Positions 17,488-25,740 of a stretch of DNA of 42,348 nt are shown piece after piece (position 1 is the first letter of the stretch; each line of letters opens with the position of its first letter). A program made the position numbers and the translations under genes. This stretch comes from an uncultured bacterium (GTDB lineage Bacteria > Patescibacteriota > Minisyncoccia > Phycocordibacterales > UBA918), in assembly GCA_913050645.1 (NCBI GenBank), contig CAJXAG010000002.1, forward strand, positions 1 to 42,348, read 5' to 3'. Below the pieces are notes generated by a model. That model was not told where the DNA came from. It saw nothing but the letters and a program-made list of their open reading frames with translations, and searched no databases.

Positions 17488-19212
17488 ATGAAAAGCGTTC
17501 GACAAAGTGCAGTTATCCGTATTCGCATTATAACGGGATTGGTGCTTTTTTTGTCTTTGATACTGATAGGACGTCTGTATCAGATTCAGATAGTGCAACA
17601 TGATCTTTTTTATAATCGCGCCCAGCAGCAGTACGTGTATACAGTACAAGATCTGTACACACGCGGCGATATTTATTTTTCTACAAAGAGTGACGAACAA
17701 GTTTCTGCAGCAACCATTTTGCGTGGCTATTTATTGTCGATTGACCCGTCACGTATAGAAGATGTGGAAGGAACATATGCGGCTCTCAATAGCGTCTACC
17801 CATTGGATCAGGATCTTTTCTTGTTGCGCGTAGGAAAGAAAGAGCGGACATACTATGAGATTGCACAAGAGCTGTCGGAAGATGAGGCTGATGCGATAGC
17901 AGCGCTTGGTCTGACGGGAGTTCAGCTGTATCGTGATCAATGGCGATATTATCCTGGAGATGACCTTGCTGCGCGATCAATCGGTTTTGTGGGACGTACA
18001 GAAAACTCCAATACGCTTACTGGTCGCTACGGTCTTGAACGATACTACGAAGAAGTGCTCAGTAGGGAAGATTCACGAATGTCAATAAATCTTTTTGCAG
18101 AAATATTTACCAACCTCGGAAGTATTATTTTTGATAATACAGAGTCGCGCACAGGAGATATAGTAACTACTATTGAACCAACTGTTGCACGCATGCTTGA
18201 CCGCGAACTGCAAAAAACACAAGAGGAGTGGGGTAGTGCGTTTACCGGCGGTATTATCATCAATCCAAAGACAGGAGCTATTTACGCAATGAACGTTGTG
18301 CCTACGTTCGATCTAAATCATCGTACTGGTGCGACTATTGAAGATTTCAAAAATCCGCTCGTGGAAGACGTATATGAAATGGGGTCGATCATTAAGCCGT
18401 TAACAGTTGCAGCTGGTTTGGACAGCGGTGCGATTGTACCTGAGTCTGTTTATGATGATCCTGGATGTGTTGAGCTCAACGAGTTTACCTTTTGTAATTA
18501 TGATGGTAGAAGTCGTGGGGTAGTACCAATGCAAGAGATTCTCAATCAATCATTGAATACAGGAGTGGCGTTTATCGTCGATACAATGGGTAAGAACAAG
18601 TTTCGGGAATATTTCAAAGCGTTGAAACTTGGAAGTGAAACTGGTATTGACTTACCGAATGAAACCTATGGCCTGGTGGCAAACCTTGACTCGCCGCGTG
18701 ATATTGAATACGCAACCGCGTCGTTTGGGCAGGGTATTGCGCTCACTCCGATTGCTACAGTGCGTGCCCTGTCGACACTTGGCAATGGTGGAAAGCTCGT
18801 AACACCACATATTGTGAAGCGTATTGAGTATCAAGATGGATCAAGTAAAGATGTTTTGTTTCCAGAGGGAGATCAAGTATTCACAGAAGATACGAGTACC
18901 ACTATTTCGCGTATGCTCACCACCGTGGTGGATGACGCACTCCGCAATGGAAAGGTAAAGCTTGATAATTATAGTATTGCAGCGAAAACTGGTACGGCAC
19001 AGATTGCTGACCGTGAGAATGGAGGGTACTATGAAGACAAGTTCTTACACTCGTTCTTCGGATATTTTCCATCATATGACCCTGAGTTTTTAGTTTTCTT
19101 GTATACTGTTGAGCCGAAACAGGTTCGCTATGCGTCTGAAACACTGACCGATCCGTTTATGGAGATTACGAAATTCCTGATCAACTACTATAATGTCCCG
19201 CCGGATAGATAA
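17488..19212 (+). CDS. ftsI: penicillin-binding protein (class B, FtsI/PBP3-like)
   Basis: N-terminal TM, SxxK (GSIIKP), SxN (SLNTG) and KTG (KTGTAQ) motifs, in a dcw cluster context. Confidence 0.88.
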   Translation: MKSVRQSAVIRIRIITGLVLFLSLILIGRLYQIQIVQHDLFYNRAQQQYVYTVQDLYTRGDIYFSTKSDEQVSAATILRGYLLSIDPSRIEDVEGTYAALNSVYPLDQDLFLLRVGKKERTYYEIAQELSEDEADAIAALGLTGVQLYRDQWRYYPGDDLAARSIGFVGRTENSNTLTGRYGLERYYEEVLSREDSRMSINLFAEIFTNLGSIIFDNTESRTGDIVTTIEPTVARMLDRELQKTQEEWGSAFTGGIIINPKTGAIYAMNVVPTFDLNHRTGATIEDFKNPLVEDVYEMGSIIKPLTVAAGLDSGAIVPESVYDDPGCVELNEFTFCNYDGRSRGVVPMQEILNQSLNTGVAFIVDTMGKNKFREYFKALKLGSETGIDLPNETYGLVANLDSPRDIEYATASFGQGIALTPIATVRALSTLGNGGKLVTPHIVKRIEYQDGSSKDVLFPEGDQVFTEDTSTTISRMLTTVVDDALRNGKVKLDNYSIAAKTGTAQIADRENGGYYEDKFLHSFFGYFPSYDPEFLVFLYTVEPKQVRYASETLTDPFMEITKFLINYYNVPPDR

Positions 19213-19382
19213 AAGTTTGTGATATGGAGCCATCTGCTTTGTTACGCTTCGGTAAAATGTTGTTCACCGTATACCTGATACGTCTCACAACATTTTCCTT
19301 GCGTGCCTCGCATATGACACCATCTGACAAACTTTTAAGTTACAGAAAGAGATTTTGATAAAATGCTAGGATAATCACTGAA

Positions 19383-20675
19383 ATGAAAGAACTATTTAAG
19401 AAAACAATTGTCGCCATCCTCACCTTTGAAGCAAAGGTGCTTTTACGACGTAAGAAACCAAAGATTATTGCAGTTACTGGAAGTGTTGGAAAGACCTCCA
19501 TCAAAGACGCTATCTACACCGCAATCAAAGACCAAGTGCATGCACGTAAGAGTCAAAAGAGCTTTAACTCTGACATTGGTGTTGCGCTATCAGTGCTCGG
19601 CTTAGACAATGCTTGGAATAATCCAGTTTTGTGGCTGAAGAATATTCTCGACGGTGCCTTCTCAGCCTTTTTCGCTCGAGAGTACCCTGAAGTGCTCGTG
19701 TTGGAAATGGGTGTTGATCGTCCTGGTGACATGGAAGCACTTACACAATGGATCAAGCCAGACGTGGTGGTCCTCACCCGACTACCTGACGTGCCGGTAC
19801 ACGTGGAGTACTTTGATTCACCCGAGGAAGTGATTGCAGAAAAGATGCAGCTGGTGCATGCACTGAAGGATGACGGAGTGTTTATATACAACAACGACGA
19901 CGAAAAAATACGACAGGAAGCAGAAGGGGTGCGACAGCAGTCGTTTGGATACAGTCGCTACTCGACCTCACACTTCATGATTGCGGGCGACGTGGTGTGC
20001 TACGATGACGCAGGGAAGCCAACAGGGATGCTCAGTACACTCACACACGTAGAGCAAACCGCGACGATGACTGTTGAGGGTTCACTTGGGGTACATCATG
20101 CATACAACTATGCTGCAGCAGTGGCGGTCGCACACGTGCTGGGGATTGCACTGACCGACGCAGTAGAAAGCCTCAAGGCACATAAGCCAACACCCGGACG
20201 TATGCGGCTCATTGAGGGGAAGCAAGGGAGTACGATTATCGATGACACCTATAACTCCTCGCCGGTAGCGGTAGAGCAGGCGCTGCAGACGCTGAAGGAG
20301 GTTGCATGCAAAGGAAAGAAGATTGCGGTACTTGGCGATATGCTTGAGCTTGGGCGCTTCTCAACACGGGAACATGAGCGCATGGGTGCGTTGGTTGCTG
20401 ATAGTGCTGATATGCTCGTGACGCTCGGTGTGCGTTCACGGAAGATTGCGGAGGGTGCACTTGAGCACGGCATGAGTGAGAAAGTTATCTTGCAGTATGA
20501 AGATGTCCACCGTGCCGCCAAGGAGTTACAAGAAAAAGTAGCGAAAAGTGATGTGGTACTGGTGAAAGCATCACAAAGCATTCGTGCAGAACGCATCGTG
20601 AAGGCGCTCATGGCGCATCCAGAAGAAGCAGAAACACTACTCGTGCGTCAAAGCAGCACGTGGCTCAAAAAGTAA
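19383..20675 (+). CDS. murF: UDP-N-acetylmuramoyl-tripeptide--D-alanyl-D-alanine ligase
   Basis: Mur ligase P-loop IIAVTGSVGKTS, EMGVDRPGDM, DDTYNSSP and VLGDMLELG are present. No N-terminal Rossmann extension is evident beyond a short lead-in. Confidence 0.88.
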   Translation: MKELFKKTIVAILTFEAKVLLRRKKPKIIAVTGSVGKTSIKDAIYTAIKDQVHARKSQKSFNSDIGVALSVLGLDNAWNNPVLWLKNILDGAFSAFFAREYPEVLVLEMGVDRPGDMEALTQWIKPDVVVLTRLPDVPVHVEYFDSPEEVIAEKMQLVHALKDDGVFIYNNDDEKIRQEAEGVRQQSFGYSRYSTSHFMIAGDVVCYDDAGKPTGMLSTLTHVEQTATMTVEGSLGVHHAYNYAAAVAVAHVLGIALTDAVESLKAHKPTPGRMRLIEGKQGSTIIDDTYNSSPVAVEQALQTLKEVACKGKKIAVLGDMLELGRFSTREHERMGALVADSADMLVTLGVRSRKIAEGALEHGMSEKVILQYEDVHRAAKELQEKVAKSDVVLVKASQSIRAERIVKALMAHPEEAETLLVRQSSTWLKK

Positions 20676-20689
20676 CAGAGAACAATAAG

Positions 20690-20726
20690 AAAACCGCCTA
20701 AGCTATCGCAAGGGCGGTTTTTGTTT
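20690..20726. terminator. bidirectional terminator
   Basis: aaccgcc (20693-20698 region) pairs with ggcggtt (20713-20719). tttttgtttt follows on the plus strand and a T-run on the minus strand. It lies between convergent genes. Confidence 0.7.
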
Positions 20727-21265
20727 TATGCGTGCCCGTACTGCTCAATGGCTGCACGTTCAAACGCGTCTTCGGCAGAAGCGTGGGACACTAAACAAAT
20801 GATCCCGTCCTTTTCTGTCACTTCACCTTCTTTGAGTTCACCTGCAACCTCAAGGAATGCAGGGAAGTACTGTGTGAAGAGTTCTTCCATGCGAGCCATG
20901 AGACCCTCAATACTTACGCGTTCCAAAGGTCGATCATCGTCATGATCGCAAGGAAGTTTGAAAATCAGAAATCCAGCATCCAAGTCGTGCGTCATTGAAC
21001 CATACTCAAGCCGTTTGTTCACAAGATTGAGTAGGCGAAGTACCTCCAATTCAGAAAACCTCTTCGGCGCATATTCACGTGTGCAAGAGAAGAGTGTTCC
21101 TCCAGCATTATGTGCAGCATGCGTGTGGTAGTGACCATAAGCATCTTGATGTTGAATGGTAACCATCTCTTCATTGTGACGACTGTGCGGCCATTCATGT
21201 TCTTGCGCAATCATTTCAACGATGTCGACAGGTTCCATATATTCACTTGTTTCCATGAAGGACAT
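20726..21265 (-). CDS. hypothetical acidic, His-rich protein (179 aa)
   Basis: GGGAGG lies 6 nt upstream of ATG 21265 on the minus strand. A His-rich patch (HQDAYGHYHTHAAH) is present. There is a vague YbjN-like feel, but no firm motif. Confidence 0.55.
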   Translation of the reverse strand: MSFMETSEYMEPVDIVEMIAQEHEWPHSRHNEEMVTIQHQDAYGHYHTHAAHNAGGTLFSCTREYAPKRFSELEVLRLLNLVNKRLEYGSMTHDLDAGFLIFKLPCDHDDDRPLERVSIEGLMARMEELFTQYFPAFLEVAGELKEGEVTEKDGIICLVSHASAEDAFERAAIEQYGHA

Positions 21266-21396
21266 GATCTGCCTCCCTTTTGAAGAACCGTTTAGTTATT
21301 TTTACTCTGGAACACACCTTTACACAAGGGGAAAGCGGGCACAGCAACACTTTTCTTTCTTTGTACAATTTGGTATAACTATGACCACTCAAACGC

Positions 21397-21468
21397 GGTC
21401 CCATCGTCTAACGGCTAGGACACATGGTTCTCATCCATGAAATCGGGGTTCGATTCCCCGTGGGATCA
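21397..21468 (+). tRNA. tRNA-Glu (anticodon CUC)
   Basis: Hand-folded cloverleaf. Acceptor ggtccca/tgggatc, D-arm gtct..ggac, anticodon stem catgg/ccatg with loop ttCTCat, T-arm cgggg-ttcgatt-ccccg, discriminator A. CCA is not encoded. The D-arm is very like bacterial tRNA-Glu. Confidence 0.9.
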
Positions 21469-21477
21469 CTTGACAAA

Positions 21478-21517
21478 TAGTAAAAACCATTGGGTTATAA
21501 CCCAATGGTTTTTACTA
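21478..21517 (+). terminator. 19-bp perfect hairpin downstream of the tRNA
   Basis: tagtaaaaaccattgggtt (21478-21496) pairs with aacccaatggtttttacta (21499-21517). Confidence 0.65.
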
Positions 21518-21536
21518 TTGTGCACGTACGTGCACA

Positions 21537-21551
21537 TCAAGTGATCCCACG
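21537..21551 (-). repeat. inverted copy of the tRNA-Glu 3' end plus trailer
   Basis: tcaagtgatcccacg is the reverse complement of cgtgggatcacttga (21459-21473). Confidence 0.8.
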
Positions 21552-21779
21552 AGCAACCTGCTGGGAGCTGGTTGCGCGGGGATCGAAAAGCTTTTGAGGT
21601 AGATTGGGAGTGAAACGAACCAATGTATCCAAAAGGTATACTGCTCCCGTAGGGAGAGATTCCTCGTGGTCATCTCTTTCGAGTCCTTACAGGACCTGTT
21701 CAGGTTGTCGCTGTTTTGGTTTGCATTCGTTCCAAAACAACAGGCAACCTTCTGAAACAGTGTAGTGACACTGTTTCAG

Positions 21780-21793
21780 CCCCGTGGGATCAC
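21780..21793 (+). repeat. direct copy of the tRNA-Glu 3' end (att-like)
   Basis: ccccgtgggatcac is identical to 21456-21469. Confidence 0.8.
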
Positions 21794-21842
21794 AAAATTC
21801 ACGAGATGAAGCTCCGGGCGTCCGCGATAAGGCGACGGCTGG

Positions 21843-21876
21843 AGTCAACAAAAAGCATCACAAGATGTGATGCTTT
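21843..21876 (-). terminator. rho-independent terminator of the KTSC gene
   Basis: aaagcatcaca (21852-21862) aga tgtgatgcttt (21866-21876). On the minus strand it is followed by tttttgttg. Confidence 0.7.
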
Positions 21877-21916
21877 CCCCAGACAACTCAATCATTTGTT
21901 AGTAATTAAGTTTGAG

Positions 21917-22180
21917 CTACCACTTCAATCTGTAGCCAGGTTTGTTACGGCTTATAAAGGAATTTAGACCATCGCCATTTATGGCTAGGACTTTCATGTG
22001 TTCAACATTCGAAGATCCTGCACTAGAATATGTATATTCGTAGTGCTGACAACTTCCAGATTTGAACTTCACTGTGATGCTGTCGCATTCAATCGCGAAA
22101 GCTTCCACGTTTGAATCGTGATCAATATCGGCATATATCTGCATAGTCAGTATATTCGTTATTGATTGAGTCGGTATCAC
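21917..22180 (-). CDS. KTSC domain-containing protein
   Basis: SNVEAFAIECDSITVKFKSGSCQHYEYTY...GLNSFISRNKPGY fits the KTSC pattern (SxNI..xxYD...L.V.F..G..Y.Y...., G.yfn..I). The track start is GTG 22180; ATG 22144 is an alternative. Confidence 0.55.
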   Translation of the reverse strand: MIPTQSITNILTMQIYADIDHDSNVEAFAIECDSITVKFKSGSCQHYEYTYSSAGSSNVEHMKVLAINGDGLNSFISRNKPGYRLKW

Positions 22181-22262
22181 TAAACACCGTCGTATTGACG
22201 TAGATTCAGCTCTACAAAATCACACCCTTGTAGCAAGATTTTTCTAGTACACATATCGGCCT

Positions 22263-22447
22263 GAAGTGGAAGTGGAGTAACCTTCTCCAGGAGTCCATGC
22301 GATAAGCACAAGTATAACAAATGGGTATTTATCCAGATTTTGGACGTGGTATTGGCTTTTTAAGTGAAAAAGAGAGATTCCAAAACATATATATCAAAAA
22401 ATAGGCACATATAATGCCGTATTTTAAAGGAATTCCACTTCCACTTC
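22263..22447. repeat. 14-bp perfect inverted repeat pair separated by 157 bp
   Basis: gaagtggaagtgga (22263-22276) and tccacttccacttc (22434-22447). Each arm is itself a tandem GAAGTG repeat. Confidence 0.7.
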
Positions 22448-22568
22448 TTACGTATGAGTATATACCCATAGGTAAAAATAAAAAATGAAATATGGGGATA
22501 AGTACCTTTTTGCTGTGGATAAGTTGCAAGAAAAATGAGTTACGCAACATGAATAGAGGTCTGTACAT
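22329..22568 (-). CDS. possible small membrane protein (79 aa)
   Basis: An open frame of 79 codons in very AT-rich DNA with a hydrophobic product. No RBS or homology is recognised, and one arm of the inverted repeat lies inside it. Confidence 0.25.
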   Translation of the reverse strand: MYRPLFMLRNSFFLQLIHSKKVLIPIFHFLFLPMGIYSYVRSGSGIPLKYGIICAYFLIYMFWNLSFSLKKPIPRPKSG

Positions 22569-22726
22569 ATATTAAAGAAGTCTCTGTCTTGGTTTGACTT
22601 CTGTACCATGGCATTACAAAAGTAAAGGTTTAGGCCTCAAATTGTCCTTAGATCATAACGCAACTATTGCGCAGTTGTAATTTTCGGAGTATTGTCTGAG
22701 TTGAGTTAATTAATACCATAAATATA

Positions 22727-23602
22727 ATGCCAAGAACATTAGAACAGGGATTTGGTGATTTCCATTCAAAATTAAAGTTGGTTAAAACCGAATCTGAAGC
22801 TGTTAAAAGCCATAGATCTTCAATTGAGACCTGCCTCAAGAATAATTTTGGCATGAATCGTTTCTTCCGCACTGGTTCAATTGGTAATGGTACTAATGTG
22901 AATGGATTCAGTGATACTGATTATTTTGCAGGGATACACAGAGAGAATCTGAGAGATAATTCGGCAACTACACTTAGGCAGGTAAAGGAAGTGCTCGAAA
23001 ATAGATTTTCGACAACGGCAGGAATACGAGTCGATAGTCCAGCTGTGGTAATTCCATTTGGCACAAGTGCGTCTGAAACAACAGAAATCATACCCGCTGA
23101 TTACTTGAGAACTACAAGTGGTGTAAATATATACGATATCCCAGACGGTAAAGGTGGCTGGATGCAGGCAAGTCCAAAAGCCCATAAGGATTATGTGACA
23201 GATATAAATGCAAAACTCAGCTATAAAGTGAAGCCCCTTATTAGGTTTGTGAAGGCTTGGAAGTTTTATAACAATGTTCCAGTTTCGTCATTCTATTTGG
23301 AAATGAGAGTCGCAAAATTCGCTTCATCTGAAACCTCAATAGCATACTCTATAGATTTGAGAAGTATCTTCAAGCATTTGGTCGATATAGATCTAGCTGC
23401 AATGAATAACCCTGCTGGAATTCCAGGTTCAACCCAGGCATGTAGATCTGCTGCTGCCAAAGTTGAAGCTATGTCAAAACTAAATACAGCTTTACGAAGA
23501 GCGAACAATGCACGAGATTGTGAATCAAGCGGGAATATTAAAGATGCATTTTACTGGTGGAATTTATTATTTGATCACAACTTTACTTCTTACTACTATT
23601 AA
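22727..23602 (+). CDS. SMODS/CD-NTase-like nucleotidyltransferase
   Basis: Pol-beta NTase core: TGSIGNGT (G50-S51), then FSDTDYF (D63xD65), a third acidic strand ETTEIIPAD, then W..ASPKAH and LIRFVKAWK...SSFYLEMRV. An N-terminal helix precedes the core, as in SMODS/CD-NTases. Confidence 0.7.
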   Translation: MPRTLEQGFGDFHSKLKLVKTESEAVKSHRSSIETCLKNNFGMNRFFRTGSIGNGTNVNGFSDTDYFAGIHRENLRDNSATTLRQVKEVLENRFSTTAGIRVDSPAVVIPFGTSASETTEIIPADYLRTTSGVNIYDIPDGKGGWMQASPKAHKDYVTDINAKLSYKVKPLIRFVKAWKFYNNVPVSSFYLEMRVAKFASSETSIAYSIDLRSIFKHLVDIDLAAMNNPAGIPGSTQACRSAAAKVEAMSKLNTALRRANNARDCESSGNIKDAFYWWNLLFDHNFTSYYY

Positions 23603-23604
23603 AA

Positions 23605-24480
23605 ATGAACATTATCACTACTCACCAAAATGAAGTCGAGTGTATTGATCGACTCGCTGCACAAAGATTTGCTTATGCCAAGGCAAAACAAATTTTCATA
23701 GTTAGAATTTCGATATCAACACTCTTTGCTGTGTTTGGGACTATGTTGATGGTCAGCATTGAGGAAACAAAGTTGTATATAGCAATTGCTGCGATTTTTT
23801 ACACAATGATCGATATTTTTTTACTAAGAAACATAGAAAATACATACAGAAGAGACGGGGCAAAAATCCAAGAGTTGTTTGATACCGGACTTTTTGGTCT
23901 TGAATGGAATCATTTAGTTGCTGGGAGTGTTCCAGAAAATGAAAAAGTTTGTCTCTATAATCAGCAATACCGACAAAAAAACGATATAGAGAACTTATTT
24001 AACTGGTATCCTGGCGATGTTGCTGAGCTAAGTCTTGAACAAGCAGCACTTGTGTGCCAGAGGACAAATATTTGGTGGGATGTGACTCTTCGGCAGAAAA
24101 TGTTTTGGTTGATTACTTTTGGTTTATTAGGTTTAACATTCATGCTATTCATTTTTTTTCACGGAAGTTCCCATCTATTGCTGACAGTTATTGTGACCCT
24201 ACTGCCACTCTATGAAGTATTGTGTGATTATGCCAGATCGCAATACTTGTCTATAAGCAAGATTAAGGAACTTCAGAGTAAAATTGAAGAAAGAATTGAA
24301 AGGGTGACTGGTGGAGAGTCTGTCTTACAGAGTCAACTTCGAACAATTCAGGATGAAATATTTAGACACAGAGAGAGTTGTTTGTTTGTTCCAGACTGGT
24401 TTTATTTTTTCTTTAGAGGTAAACAGGAAGAACAAATGAACTATGCTGCTTCACATTATGTTTCTAGATTCAGAAAATAG
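23605..24480 (+). CDS. 4-TM membrane protein, putative effector (S-4TM/SLATT-like)
   Basis: Starts 2 nt after the NTase stop. Hydrophobic segments lie at about aa 30-50, 56-74, 166-185 and 190-207, with a soluble loop between the pairs and a C-terminal coiled coil. This architecture matches SMODS-associated TM effectors. Confidence 0.55.
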   Translation: MNIITTHQNEVECIDRLAAQRFAYAKAKQIFIVRISISTLFAVFGTMLMVSIEETKLYIAIAAIFYTMIDIFLLRNIENTYRRDGAKIQELFDTGLFGLEWNHLVAGSVPENEKVCLYNQQYRQKNDIENLFNWYPGDVAELSLEQAALVCQRTNIWWDVTLRQKMFWLITFGLLGLTFMLFIFFHGSSHLLLTVIVTLLPLYEVLCDYARSQYLSISKIKELQSKIEERIERVTGGESVLQSQLRTIQDEIFRHRESCLFVPDWFYFFFRGKQEEQMNYAASHYVSRFRK

Positions 24481-24542
24481 CACCGCAGCTTGAATAGAGG
24501 TATAAATTTGGTTTTAATTCGCACTACTTAGGGCCACATAGT

Positions 24543-24570
24543 AAAAACATCAGCGGAACTGGTGTTTTTG
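24543..24570 (+). terminator. rho-independent terminator of the NTase/4TM operon
   Basis: aaaaacatcag (24543-24553) cggaa ctggtgttttt (24559-24569). There is one G-U pair, valid only on the plus strand. Confidence 0.7.
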
Positions 24571-24622
24571 GATAAAAGGTCTATTCTAAAACCATTACCA
24601 CCGGGAAAGGAATAGCTGTCGG

Positions 24623-24638
24623 AAAAAAAAGGGGGGGG
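24623..24638 (+). repeat. A8G8 homopolymer tract
   Basis: aaaaaaaagggggggg lies 60 nt upstream of the methyltransferase ATG. A G8 run is very unusual in this AT-rich island. Confidence 0.9.
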
Positions 24639-24698
24639 TGATTGGTAACTACGATGTAAATTGAGTAAAGTGCTCGCAGATGCTAATCTTTATTTGGT

Positions 24699-25739
24699 AT
24701 GGCCACAAAAACTTTAAATACAGCATTGAATAAAGCAGGTAAAGCAAAAAACGACGAGTTTTACACTCAACTCGTTGATATTGAAAAAGAACTTAAGCAC
24801 TACAAAGAACAGTTTCGTGGAAAGGTTGTGTATTGTAACTGTGACGATCCTTTTGAGAGTAATTTCTTTAAATATTTTGCGGCTAATTTTAATACGTTAG
24901 GGATCAAGAAGCTCATTAGTACGAGCTTTGTTAAATCGCCTATTGCAGGTGGTCAGTTACCATTGTTTGAAGTTAAGGGACTTAAGCCTGACGGGAAACA
25001 ACCGTTCAAAATTGAAATTACAGAAGTTACGGACATAGATGGAGACGGCGCTATTGATCTTGATGACGTCAAGAATTTGCTAAGGAGTAATAAAAACACT
25101 GCGACACCTCTTCTGGAGAATGGTGATTTCAGAAGTGCGGAGTGCATTGAATTGCTCAAAGAAGCAGATATTGTTGTTACGAATCCACCATTTTCACTAT
25201 TTCGTGAATATGTAGCACAACTAATTGAACATAATAAAAAATTCTTGATTCTTGGTGACCAGAACGCAATCACTTACAAAGAAACTTTTGGTTACATCAA
25301 AGATGACAAATTGTGGCTTGGCTATGACAACGGTGGGACTAAATGGTTTCAGGTTCCCGATGATTACGATATACAGACAGAATCAAGAAAGAAGATTGAA
25401 GATGGAGTCAAATATTTCAGTATGGGGAGAATTGTATGGTTTACAAACTTAGATACAACCAAGCGACACAACAACATTGACCTGTATAAACAGTATTCAC
25501 CCGAAGAATTTCCTAAATACGACAATTATGATGTGATCAACGTTAATAAGGTGTCTGATATTCCCAAAGATTATGACGGAGTAATGGGTGTACCGATTAC
25601 ATTTGTTGATAAATATAGCCCAAAGCAGTTTGAGATATTAGGTTTAGCCAACTCTGCAAGATGGATTGGTTATGAATGCTATACCATTATTCAAGAGAGG
25701 AAAATATACAACCGAATCATAATAAAGCGACAGAAATAA
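24699..25739 (+). CDS. N6-adenine DNA methyltransferase (EcoRI-methylase-like family)
   Basis: The N-terminal KNDEFYTQLVDIEKEL...GKVVYCNCDDP..SNFFKYF block and the catalytic IVVTNPPFSLF (NPPF, motif IV) are typical of the EcoRI_methylase family. Confidence 0.8.
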   Translation: MATKTLNTALNKAGKAKNDEFYTQLVDIEKELKHYKEQFRGKVVYCNCDDPFESNFFKYFAANFNTLGIKKLISTSFVKSPIAGGQLPLFEVKGLKPDGKQPFKIEITEVTDIDGDGAIDLDDVKNLLRSNKNTATPLLENGDFRSAECIELLKEADIVVTNPPFSLFREYVAQLIEHNKKFLILGDQNAITYKETFGYIKDDKLWLGYDNGGTKWFQVPDDYDIQTESRKKIEDGVKYFSMGRIVWFTNLDTTKRHNNIDLYKQYSPEEFPKYDNYDVINVNKVSDIPKDYDGVMGVPITFVDKYSPKQFEILGLANSARWIGYECYTIIQERKIYNRIIIKRQK

Positions 25740-25740
25740 T

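Noticed and set aside
21716-21967. 83-aa plus-strand ORF
   Set aside because: It runs through the hairpin-dense region, the direct tRNA-end repeat and the KTSC gene terminator, and it overlaps the KTSC gene end.
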